DNA from: Candidatus Thalassarchaeum betae
GTDB lineage: Archaea; Thermoplasmatota; Poseidoniia; Poseidoniales; Thalassarchaeaceae
Reading direction: 5' to 3'
Assembly: GCA_022447095.1 (NCBI GenBank)
Contig: JAKUUP010000005.1
Location: forward strand, 2,065 to 66,064
DNA length: 64,000 bases
Shown: in pieces, positions 47,856-56,277 of the stretch
Layout: every line of letters begins with the position of its first letter
Position numbering within the stretch: position 1 is the first letter of the stretch
Position numbers and translations under genes: made by a program
The notes under the pieces: model-generated
Databases searched by the model: none
Told to the model about the DNA's origin: nothing
The model's input: the letters and a program-made list of their open reading frames with translations, nothing else

Positions 47856-48722
47856 ATGGCATCCGGATTCTCTTGGATTAGAGAGGCCATGCTGGCCGGT
47901 GGTCTCGTAGTGCTGGTACTGATATCCATGTGGGTTGCCACCGGCTCATTCCCTCCTATGGTCGTGGTCGAGTCAGGCTCGATGATGCATACCGAAGAGG
48001 GCTCAGTCGGGGCCATCGACCCGGGCGACCTAGTACTGGTCATGAACCCCGACAGGGTCGAAATAGTGACCTTCGTCGAGGCAACAGAGGAGGACAACGA
48101 GAATTTCGGCTACGAGACGCACGGGATGGCTGGAGACGTCATCATCTACCAGAAGAACGGAGGTTCAGACACCCCGGTAATACACCGGGCCCTGCTCAAG
48201 GCCGTGGCAAACGACTCGGGAGGATGGGACGTTCCCGGAACCACATTGCTCAATGTGGACAGCATAACCTGGACCTTGGATTACCAATGTTCGTACCACG
48301 GCGGCACTTACGACCTCATGATAGATCGTTGGGTGCCACCGCACGAAGGTTATCTGACTACAGGTGACAATGTGGACACCAACGGTTGCAAGATTGACCA
48401 ATTAAGAGCCACCAATCCAGATGCTAGCGAGCAGTACATCCGAGGGAATGGACTCAAGGACGAGAACGGCAATCCGGTCCAAGCCGTGAAAGACGAGTGG
48501 GTCGTCGGAGTGGCCTCAACAGAGATTCCATGGCTTGGGGCGGCCAAACTCTTCTTTTCTGGGACATCGTCATCAGTAACCGACACGGCATGGAGGAGTC
48601 TCGCAGTTGTGATAGCCGTGATCATAGCGGCCCCGTACATCCTCGAGACTGTGGTGGAAAGACTCAGGGTCTCCTCCGACGAGGAAGAACCCGAGGAATC
48701 CGCCGACGAATCATCGAATTGA
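47856..48722 (+). CDS. Signal peptidase I (archaeal/eukaryal Sec11-type S26B) with a C-terminal TM and acidic tail
   Basis: VVVESGSMMHT (catalytic Ser), GDLVLV.  The Sec11-type conserved His/Asp region is present. Confidence 0.75.
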   Translation: MASGFSWIREAMLAGGLVVLVLISMWVATGSFPPMVVVESGSMMHTEEGSVGAIDPGDLVLVMNPDRVEIVTFVEATEEDNENFGYETHGMAGDVIIYQKNGGSDTPVIHRALLKAVANDSGGWDVPGTTLLNVDSITWTLDYQCSYHGGTYDLMIDRWVPPHEGYLTTGDNVDTNGCKIDQLRATNPDASEQYIRGNGLKDENGNPVQAVKDEWVVGVASTEIPWLGAAKLFFSGTSSSVTDTAWRSLAVVIAVIIAAPYILETVVERLRVSSDEEEPEESADESSN

Positions 48723-48730
48723 TGGGGCGA

Positions 48731-50242
48731 CTAGCCCATCATTCTAGGCAGGATGATCGGCACAGCCACGATGATGAGCACTAGTATACTGCTCATGCTG
48801 CTGATTCTGTCGGCTAAGTATTCCAAGCGCATAGGGTGCATGTTTCTATTCAGTCTGGTGAGTATGGAGTGGGTGCCATCGCGTACGATGTGACCCCCAT
48901 CGAACGGGATCATTGGAATCAGGTTGGCGAAACCCAGCAGGAAGTTGATCCAAACCAACCAGAAAAGGAAGTCGAACAGCATGAGCATGCCGTCGGTGCC
49001 CAGAGCAGATGCTATCGCACCGCCACCAGCCTCGAGCATGGCCCGCTCTTCGAGTAGCATCGTCTGACCATCGAATTGTATTGGGATCCCAATCATTGCC
49101 AAAGGAGTCAGAGACGTCGCTAGGACGGTCTGCCTTAACGAGAACTCGCCACTCATGATGTTGGAGTAGTAATCGACTGAGGAAGACCCGGATCGCAGTC
49201 CGCTGACCCCTAGGAACGCATCACCCGGCTCGATGCCTAAATCAGCCAACAGGACCTCTGTATCCTCGATGCACACAGCATCTCCATCACATTGCCCTAG
49301 GTGGTACTGGTAGCGATCCCCGAGAGTTACAATCAGATCACGTTCCACACGCTCCCCCTCCTGGTCAGGATGAGAGAGTACCGTGAATATCGCTTGGTCC
49401 CCGACCGACAGCTCGACCATCTCGTTGGAGAAGGCCTCGTAGCCCAGCACCTCGTTGCCGTCGATGTGAGTGATTATCTCATAGGGTAGCAAGCCTGCTT
49501 CCTCAGCAGCCTCATCGGCGATTATCCCAGACGCGTGTACCCCAGGGTTGCTGGCGACGAGCCCCGCAGCGGTTACGGATAGCAGAATGAGAATAACATA
49601 GGTCGCGATGATGTTGATGGATGGCCCGGCGGCGTACAGTCTCATCCTCTCTCTTCGAGGAGCGCGAATCATCTCGTGCATCTGCGGTTCCGCAAAAGCT
49701 CCGATAGGAACAGGTCCAGCTAGTAGGAGTCCGAAACTACTCACACGCATCCCATGCGCACGAGCTTGGATGCCATGACTGTACTCGTGTATCACCAGTG
49801 CGAAGACCAAGGCGAGAACCGGCCACCAGAACGGCACGAAACTGTTTACACCTGGTATCAGCAGCAGGTCACTGGCTGGCAGGTACTCCTCAGGCGGAGC
49901 CATCGCGGTGCTGATTGCCGTGAGCACGAGTAGTGCGACAACGCCGAGCATGACGAAAAGGCAGAGCCAGATCGACATCTCCCCGAAGCCCCGCCAGAAT
50001 CTCCTGTTCCGAGAAATTTTCTCCAGCACATCCTGGCCGTGCTTAGTTCGAATCATTAGGACGATTCCGAGCACTCTCGAAATTCCTAACTTATCGAGAG
50101 ACCCATTGTCCTCGAGATACAGCAGACCGAAGTACCACAGTCCTGCAACCCCCACTCCCCATAGCGGCGTACCCAGTGAGTAAAGCAGGTACAACAGCAG
50201 CAGCGGAATCAGATAACTCCTCGACTGCCCGTCCTCTTGCAT
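48731..50242 (-). CDS. Site-2 protease family (M50) intramembrane zinc metalloprotease with a PDZ domain
   Basis: HEYSHGIQARAHG (HExxH), NLIPMIPFDGGHI (the LDG motif) and a PDZ-like segment in between. Confidence 0.85.
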   Translation of the reverse strand: MQEDGQSRSYLIPLLLLYLLYSLGTPLWGVGVAGLWYFGLLYLEDNGSLDKLGISRVLGIVLMIRTKHGQDVLEKISRNRRFWRGFGEMSIWLCLFVMLGVVALLVLTAISTAMAPPEEYLPASDLLLIPGVNSFVPFWWPVLALVFALVIHEYSHGIQARAHGMRVSSFGLLLAGPVPIGAFAEPQMHEMIRAPRRERMRLYAAGPSINIIATYVILILLSVTAAGLVASNPGVHASGIIADEAAEEAGLLPYEIITHIDGNEVLGYEAFSNEMVELSVGDQAIFTVLSHPDQEGERVERDLIVTLGDRYQYHLGQCDGDAVCIEDTEVLLADLGIEPGDAFLGVSGLRSGSSSVDYYSNIMSGEFSLRQTVLATSLTPLAMIGIPIQFDGQTMLLEERAMLEAGGGAIASALGTDGMLMLFDFLFWLVWINFLLGFANLIPMIPFDGGHIVRDGTHSILTRLNRNMHPMRLEYLADRISSMSSILVLIIVAVPIILPRMMG

Positions 50243-50322
50243 GGCATCAGGGTCGCATTTTCCCTCTTCAACCTGCGTCTTGGAGTAGCAAGCGACTTGA
50301 GACGGAACCTCCTCCGCTGTCC

Positions 50323-50514
50323 ATGGCGGACGACCTGCTGGAAGACGACAGGAGCCTGAACCGTCGCATTGACTCCCTCAGACGCGAGCGTGACAGCGTC
50401 AGAAGACTACTCAAGCAGGCCTCACTGGACGATATCACTGTTAATCTCGAGCGCCTGAAGAATAGGCTCGATATCTTGGAAACGGAGTTATCCGGAGAGC
50501 GGGACTCTGACTAG
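50323..50514 (+). CDS. Small coiled-coil protein (63 aa), hypothetical
   Basis: MADDLLEDDRSLNRRIDSLRRERDSVRRLL... The ORF could extend upstream to 50176. Confidence 0.3.
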   Translation: MADDLLEDDRSLNRRIDSLRRERDSVRRLLKQASLDDITVNLERLKNRLDILETELSGERDSD

Positions 50515-51095
50515 TTTGCCGACTCAAGCATCGATTTGTAGATCTGTGCACTGGTCTGGTCGGACTCGATGGAGCGCGCCCCGTCAGAGCGGCAGACCAG
50601 AGCAAGGAAGCGATGCAGTGGCATACCTTTCCCCCAGTCAAGGTGAGGGGTCCCATTACGCGTCAGTGGAAGCTTGGGGATGCTCCTCGACAGATGACGT
50701 AATTTCCCAGTCAACGTCTCCACCTCAACTCTCATAATTCTCCAACTGTCACCCCTGACGCCCTTCAGTCTGTATGCGTAGAGTGGCAGCAGCCCGCACC
50801 TCTCTCCGGTCGAACGGAGGGCCTCGTACTGGGCCATCGTCCTCCCGGACAGGTACTGCCGCGGGTACTTCGATGACTTGACTTCGATTGGAAAGCACAT
50901 GTCACCGCGTAGAACCAGTAAGTCACCAGTGCCTTCGGAGCCGCTACCAGGCGCCCTGACGACTAGGAAGGGGCGCTGGATGACTTGCATCGCGCGGGCG
51001 CGTTCCATCTCACTGCAAGACCTAGTGATAGCACGGACGCCCTTCAGTTCACCTGCGAGTACTGCACGCAACTCACGCTCGTAAACGCCGCCCAC
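50511..51095 (-). CDS. hjc: Holliday junction resolvase Hjc-like nuclease
   Basis: ERELRAVL...(insert)...VVRAPGSGSEGTGDLLVL.....FPIEVKSS shows the PD-(D/E)xK arrangement of Hjc (GSG...D...E.K). It carries extra insertions and a C-terminal extension. Confidence 0.55.
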   Translation of the reverse strand: MGGVYERELRAVLAGELKGVRAITRSCSEMERARAMQVIQRPFLVVRAPGSGSEGTGDLLVLRGDMCFPIEVKSSKYPRQYLSGRTMAQYEALRSTGERCGLLPLYAYRLKGVRGDSWRIMRVEVETLTGKLRHLSRSIPKLPLTRNGTPHLDWGKGMPLHRFLALVCRSDGARSIESDQTSAQIYKSMLESAN

Positions 51096-51139
51096 GGTGC
51101 TATCGCATTCTCAGGGTTCTTGAGAACATTGGTCGGGGA

Positions 51140-51781
51140 TCACTCGAACTTGCCCTTTCGGTATTCACGAGTCCTGTCGACACCCGGAAAACGGTCCTCA
51201 CTTTCACGATAGACCGTCTTCATGTTGGTGAGGAAGTTATTCTCGTCGGTGACAATTAGCACCATGTCAACCCCAGGGTCTTCCTCGGCATCCATCCAAT
51301 CGAGAATAATTTCCATTGTCATTCGCGCTCCTTCTCTGTGAGGATATGCGAAGACATCCATTCCTAGGGGTGGAGTGACCAGAGTTTCGCGGGGCTTGAG
51401 TTTCTTGACCTCGGCGAACAGAGCCATGTACGACTTCTTCAGCATCTCACGCCTGAATGTATCCTGAGTCGGTCTCCTGCAATCCGGTCCGACCACATGT
51501 ATGAGGTGCTTCGCTGGCAGGTTGAACGGAGGAGTAGTCACAGCCTCGCCGACGCCGCATGGCTGGAGATTTGTCTTGCGCCGCTCTCTTGCGATACCGG
51601 CGCAGAATTCTCTCAGCTCGGGTCCGGCGGCTTGATGCATCTTCTCATCCAGACCCTCCCTACCGGCTAGTCTGTTGTTGGCAGGGACGACCATGATGTC
51701 GCCCTCTATGCGGGGCAGATTACCGAACACGACTCTGACCTGGCCATGAAGACATTCTCTGACGATGACTACCTCTGCCAT
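51140..51781 (-). CDS. Macro-domain protein (ADP-ribose / O-acetyl-ADP-ribose processing)
   Basis: IMVVPANNRLAGREGLDEKMHQAAGPEL resembles the VVNAAN..L..GGGV motif. Confidence 0.65.
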   Translation of the reverse strand: MAEVVIVRECLHGQVRVVFGNLPRIEGDIMVVPANNRLAGREGLDEKMHQAAGPELREFCAGIARERRKTNLQPCGVGEAVTTPPFNLPAKHLIHVVGPDCRRPTQDTFRREMLKKSYMALFAEVKKLKPRETLVTPPLGMDVFAYPHREGARMTMEIILDWMDAEEDPGVDMVLIVTDENNFLTNMKTVYRESEDRFPGVDRTREYRKGKFE

Positions 51782-51853
51782 AAGTCTCCCAAGGTGGGGC
51801 CATCGGATATCTATTCATCGTAGGGATTCCAGTAGATTTTCGAATAGGCAACC

Positions 51854-52117
51854 TTGATTCGCGATGACTACTCAGATTCGGACATGTCGGTGGGATATGT
51901 GCTGATTTACGTTGAGCCAGGCTCGGAATCCAGCGTACATCAGGCCGCTTCCGACCTTGCTTGTGTCACCGACGCAAATCTTCTCTTCGGTGATTACGAT
52001 CTCATAGTCAAGGTTGAGGGCGACAGTATGGGCGACATAGCACGAAATGTCGTTGAATCCATTCGTTCGATACCTGGTGTAGTTAACACGAAGACACTGG
52101 CTTGCGCAGAAATCTGA
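51854..52117 (+). CDS. Stand-alone Lrp/AsnC C-terminal (RAM) ligand-binding domain protein
   Basis: YVLIYVEPGSE..V...A.....V.......GDYDLIVKVEGDSM..I...V..I..IPGV..T.T is the RAM fold pattern. There is no HTH domain. Confidence 0.65.
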   Translation: MIRDDYSDSDMSVGYVLIYVEPGSESSVHQAASDLACVTDANLLFGDYDLIVKVEGDSMGDIARNVVESIRSIPGVVNTKTLACAEI

Positions 52118-52133
52118 GATTTCAACCCCTTCG

Positions 52134-52149
52134 GTTTCTTCAGAAACCC
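52134..52149 (+). terminator. Hairpin (ggtttc-ttca-gaaacc) 17 nt after the RAM-domain gene stop
   Basis: Perfect 6-bp inverted repeat flanked by C-runs. Confidence 0.25.
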
Positions 52150-52232
52150 CCTCATAGAGGCGCAGTATAGCGTTTCTCCGCCCATAACTTCATTATCTCT
52201 TCTGAAAGCCGCCGAGACGGAGGAATTGCTTC

Positions 52233-52496
52233 ATGTCTGGAAAGAAATACTTCGTACTGATGGAAGGCGGTAGCGACACCACACAGGTGTTTGTGAGCAA
52301 GCAGCCCCGCGGTGCAGCCCTCAAGGCCGCCACGCGAGGACACACCAACATTGAGCTGAGGGAGCGCGGGACTAACAAGGTCCACTGCTTCAGTGGCTGG
52401 ACTGAGATGGTGAACAAGCCCAAGAATGGGCCTGCATGGCTACCGGCTAAGATCAAGAAGGCGAACGTCAAGAAGAGTGGAACCAAGCGCCTCTAA
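52233..52496 (+). CDS. Archaeal chromatin protein MC1
   Basis: KQPRGAALKAATRG..., ELRERGTNKVHCFSGWTEMVNKPKNGPAWLPAKIKKANVKK is near-colinear with Methanosarcina MC1 (KQPRQAALKAANRG, RLRERGTKKVHVFKAWKEMV.APKNRP.WMPEKISKPFVKK). Confidence 0.9.
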   Translation: MSGKKYFVLMEGGSDTTQVFVSKQPRGAALKAATRGHTNIELRERGTNKVHCFSGWTEMVNKPKNGPAWLPAKIKKANVKKSGTKRL

Positions 52497-52590
52497 GCGC
52501 TCGGTGCACTTTTCCTGTCATCGTAGTACGGATTGCCCGTAAAGAGTAGCGTAGCGTATACTCGGATACTATTCGGGGTCTATACGCTCT

Positions 52591-53361
52591 TCATCCACGC
52601 AGACCTAGTTTGCGCGCCAGCATGGCCAGTGGATCGTAGTATTCGGTCACCACTCTCTCCTTGAGAGGGATGATCGCGTTGTCTGTGATGTTGATGCCTG
52701 CAGGACATACCTCGGTACAGCACTTGGTGATGTTGCAGTAGCCGATGCCGAAATCATCCTTGATCTCAGGAATTCGGCTCACGGTGTCCAGTGGGTGCAT
52801 TTCGAGATTGGCGAGTCGGACGAAGAAGCGCGGGCCGGCGAACTCGTCGAACTTCTGGTGCTCGCGCAGAACATGGCAGGTGTTTACGCAGAGCATGCAT
52901 TCTATGCAGGAGCGGAACTCCTGCAACCGCTCAGCCTCCTCTTGGTGAAACTCCCAGTCGGGTTCCTCGTGGCCGCTAATCGGCTCGATGAGCTTGACCA
53001 TCTCGTATGCCCAAGAATTGTCAGTCACCAAGTCCTTAGTCAGCGGGAAGGCCTGCATCGGCTTGATCAGGACAGGCTCGCCATCTGGGGTCTCCTCAAG
53101 GACGTCTTCCATCCTAGTCATGCACATCAACTTCGGCTTGCCATTGACCTCAGCGCTGCACGAGCCGCACTTGCCCGCCTTGCAGTTCCAGCGGCATGCA
53201 AGGTCCGGGGACTGCTCGGCTTGTATCCGGTGAATGACGTCTAGCACCACCATGCCCTCATCCATCTCGACGGTGTAATCGACCATCCGTCCGAATGGCT
53301 CGCCGTCGGCATCCGACTCCCCTCTGAACACCCTGAACGTGACCTCGTTACTCATACTCAT
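52591..53361 (-). CDS. sdhB: Succinate dehydrogenase/fumarate reductase iron-sulfur subunit
   Basis: CRWNCKAGKCGSCSAEVNG ([2Fe-2S]), CIECMLCVNTC and CNITKCCTEVCPAGI. Confidence 0.9.
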   Translation of the reverse strand: MSMSNEVTFRVFRGESDADGEPFGRMVDYTVEMDEGMVVLDVIHRIQAEQSPDLACRWNCKAGKCGSCSAEVNGKPKLMCMTRMEDVLEETPDGEPVLIKPMQAFPLTKDLVTDNSWAYEMVKLIEPISGHEEPDWEFHQEEAERLQEFRSCIECMLCVNTCHVLREHQKFDEFAGPRFFVRLANLEMHPLDTVSRIPEIKDDFGIGYCNITKCCTEVCPAGINITDNAIIPLKERVVTEYYDPLAMLARKLGLRG

Positions 53362-55220
53362 TCCTCCTCATGCAGGTCATCCGCGTCCAGCAGCGACCTG
53401 AGCTTCTCCGATATCGGAGGGTAAGAAGCGTAGTCGATGTCCATAGAGCCGCCCTCGCCCATTGAGATCACGCTGGTGACCTTGCCCCAGTGGTGGTGGT
53501 CCGTCTCGGGGAAATCGTCGCGGGTGTGCGCGCCACGGCTCTCTTCGCGTCTGTGAGCAGCGAGAGCGCACATCCGACTGACTTCGATCATCGCACTCAA
53601 CTCGAGCGCCTGATGCCAACCCGGGTTGTACGTTCTTCCTCCGCCTGGAGATGTGGCAGCAGCGCGCTCTTCCAGAGAGTCTAGGTCTGCAATGGCCTCC
53701 AGAAGCAGATCCCTGGTCCTGATGATGCCGGCCTTCTGCTGCATCATCTGGCGCAGGTCGCTCACGACCTTGGCCGGGTTCTCACCGCCTTCGCGGCTCA
53801 AGGGCTCTAGAGTTTCTGCCACTACATGGTCGACCTCGGACTGGTCTACGTCAGTGAAGTGACTCATCAGTTTGGCCGCCTCGGCGGCCTGCTCACCAGC
53901 AATCTTACCGAACACTAAGAGGTCGGTCAGAGAGTTGCCACCCAGTCGATTGGCTCCGTGCAGGCCGGTTGCCACTTCTCCGGCAGCATATAGGCCGGTC
54001 ACCGAGGTCTCCTGGGTGTTGGAGTTGACCTTGACGCCACCCATCACGTAATGGGCTGTTGGCCCGACCTCCATTGGTTGCTTGGTGATGTCCACTGCAG
54101 CGAGTTCCTTGAATTGGTGGTACATCCCAGGGAGCTTCTTCATAATCTGCTCTGGATCGCGCCAGGAGATGTCGAGGTAGACGCCGCCGTGCTCGGACGC
54201 TCTCCCAGCATCACGCTCGCTGTTGATCGCCTTGGCAACCACGTCGCGGGTCAGCAGCTCGGGAGGCCTGCGATGCGTAGCGGGCTTATCGGAGATGACC
54301 TCGTCGACCCAAGCGAGCGCCTCCTCCTCGGTGTCGGCGAACTCATCTGCGTACATCTCAGGGATGTAGTCGAACATGAAACGCGCACCCTCGGAGTTTC
54401 GTAGTACGCCGCCTTCCCCGCGAACTCCCTCGGTGACCAGTATGCCCTTGACTGAGGGGGGCCAAATCATGCCGGTGGGATGGAACTGGACGAACTCCAT
54501 ATCGCCCATCTCGGCCCCAGCCCAGTATGCCAGAGCGTGACCCTCGCCTGTGTATTCCCACGAGCCCGAGCAGACCTCCCAGCAACGCGTGAGCCCCCCG
54601 GTTGCGAGAATAATCGTCTTGGCCTTGAAGACGTGTAGTGAACCGTCGTTGCGATCATACGCGAAGCATCCGGAGATGCGACCATCGGTCTCGAACAACC
54701 TGCGCACGGTGAATTCCATGAACACGTCCATCCCCATGTGGATGCCCCTCTGCTGCAGCGTTCGAATGAGCTCGAGGCCGGTGGCATCGCCGATGTGCGC
54801 CAGCCTCGGATAGGTGTGCCCGCCGAAGTTGCGCTGGCTGGTCAGCCCCTCCGCCGTCCTGTCGAAGACAGCGCCCCATTGTTCGAGTTCGCGAATCCTG
54901 TCCGGCGCCTGCTGAGCATGGATCTGCGCCATCTGCCAGTCTCCGAGGTACTTGCCTCCTTTCATGGTGTCACGGAAATGGATCTCCCACGAGTCCCGGG
55001 GGTCCTTGTTGGCGAGGGCCGCGGCAGCGCCGCCCTCGGCCATCACAGTGTGGGCCTTGCCCAGCATTGACTTACAGATCATGGCCACGCTGACTCCCGC
55101 TGCGCTGGCCTCGATAGCGGCCCGCAGCCCAGCTCCCCCAGCGCCGATGACGACAACGTCATGCTCATGCATCACGATGTCTTCCATCAGACACCACCCC
55201 ACAGGATGATCTCTGTCCAC
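53358..55220 (-). CDS. sdhA: Succinate dehydrogenase/fumarate reductase flavoprotein subunit
   Basis: DVVVIGAGGAGLRAA (FAD binding), FHPTG (covalent FAD His), and an active-site R/H region. Confidence 0.92.
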   Translation of the reverse strand: MDRDHPVGWCLMEDIVMHEHDVVVIGAGGAGLRAAIEASAAGVSVAMICKSMLGKAHTVMAEGGAAAALANKDPRDSWEIHFRDTMKGGKYLGDWQMAQIHAQQAPDRIRELEQWGAVFDRTAEGLTSQRNFGGHTYPRLAHIGDATGLELIRTLQQRGIHMGMDVFMEFTVRRLFETDGRISGCFAYDRNDGSLHVFKAKTIILATGGLTRCWEVCSGSWEYTGEGHALAYWAGAEMGDMEFVQFHPTGMIWPPSVKGILVTEGVRGEGGVLRNSEGARFMFDYIPEMYADEFADTEEEALAWVDEVISDKPATHRRPPELLTRDVVAKAINSERDAGRASEHGGVYLDISWRDPEQIMKKLPGMYHQFKELAAVDITKQPMEVGPTAHYVMGGVKVNSNTQETSVTGLYAAGEVATGLHGANRLGGNSLTDLLVFGKIAGEQAAEAAKLMSHFTDVDQSEVDHVVAETLEPLSREGGENPAKVVSDLRQMMQQKAGIIRTRDLLLEAIADLDSLEERAAATSPGGGRTYNPGWHQALELSAMIEVSRMCALAAHRREESRGAHTRDDFPETDHHHWGKVTSVISMGEGGSMDIDYASYPPISEKLRSLLDADDLHEEE

Positions 55221-56068
55221 CAGCCCATGGTGCAGGCGTAGATGTACAAGTCAGCGAACATGACGATGAACAGAGAATAGAGGGCCCATTCTTTGTGGTA
55301 CTCGTTAAACCACGTCGACACTCTCCACATCCGGTATCCCAGTATGGGTCTGGAATCTCTCGTCCAGAGATTAGCTCCCCCTCCGACCAGATGTCGGAAG
55401 GCATGGCAACCGAAGGTGTAGCCAGCTAGGGCAATGACGTTGACAGCTAGGACCAAGGAGCCCACCGAGACCCCGTATGAGTGAGCATGACTCACCGGGT
55501 CGTGGAAGTTGACTGACATCCAGACGTCGTACGACAGTATTGGCAGGTATGCCAACGCGGCGTAGAGGAAGTAGCGATGCAGGTTCTGGACGAGCAGCAG
55601 CCCGGTCTCGCCGCTGTACTCGTTCCACGGCTTGGAGACCGCGCAACCGGTGGGTTGCTGCATGAAGGCCCGATAGTACGCCTTGCGGTAATAGTAGCAT
55701 GTTCCTCTGAAGCCAGCGGGGAAGATCAGAATGAACATCGCCGGACTCATCCACCACAACTGCTGAGGAATCCAGGAGTTCTCATCTGGGTAAATAAGCG
55801 GACTAAACAACGGACTTAGAACGTGACTACCTTCGCTCTCTATGGCCATTGTTTGGTTGCCCGCACTCCTGCCGAACTCCTCAAAGATCCAGAAGTCGGC
55901 TTCCATGAACCCACGCCAGGTGGCGTATACGATCATGATCCCAAGGTAGGCGGCCATCGCCGTCGGCCCCTTCCACCAGTCATCGACCCGGTCTGTGACA
56001 CCGAACCCCTTCTTCATCGGGAGCGGGAGTTTGATGCCCTCACTCATGTCCATCCCTGATGCCCGCAT
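55187..56068 (-). CDS. sdhC: Succinate dehydrogenase/fumarate reductase diheme cytochrome b membrane anchor (five-TM type)
   Basis: Five predicted TMs with conserved His. The N-terminal DDWWKGPTAMAAYLGIMIVYATW resembles Wolinella FrdC (LDWWQSATGLFLGLFMIGHMF). Confidence 0.5.
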   Translation of the reverse strand: MRASGMDMSEGIKLPLPMKKGFGVTDRVDDWWKGPTAMAAYLGIMIVYATWRGFMEADFWIFEEFGRSAGNQTMAIESEGSHVLSPLFSPLIYPDENSWIPQQLWWMSPAMFILIFPAGFRGTCYYYRKAYYRAFMQQPTGCAVSKPWNEYSGETGLLLVQNLHRYFLYAALAYLPILSYDVWMSVNFHDPVSHAHSYGVSVGSLVLAVNVIALAGYTFGCHAFRHLVGGGANLWTRDSRPILGYRMWRVSTWFNEYHKEWALYSLFIVMFADLYIYACTMGWWTEIILWGGV

Positions 56069-56161
56069 CGCGCGGTCCTAGCCCCATAAGGGATTGCATG
56101 AGTCCCCTTGGGACTCAACCGTCGGTGCAAGGTTCAAGGCGCACAGCCCTAATCGTCAGAT

Positions 56162-56269
56162 ATGGTTGGGGGAGACATCGAGACATCGATCTGCCTCAAC
56201 TGCGGGCACATGCCGGGAGCGTGGCTGCCCGGGCTGCCCTGCCCAGAGTGCGGGGAGCCAATGCTCTGA
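56162..56269 (+). CDS. Candidate 35-aa zinc-ribbon micro-protein (MVGGDIETSICLNCGHMPGAWLPGLPCPECGEPML)
   Basis: Lies below the ORF-track cutoff; translated by hand from the 209-nt gap between sdhC and the aldehyde dehydrogenase gene. CxxC-x12-CxxC. Confidence 0.35.
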   Translation: MVGGDIETSICLNCGHMPGAWLPGLPCPECGEPML

Positions 56270-56277
56270 GCGTAGCG

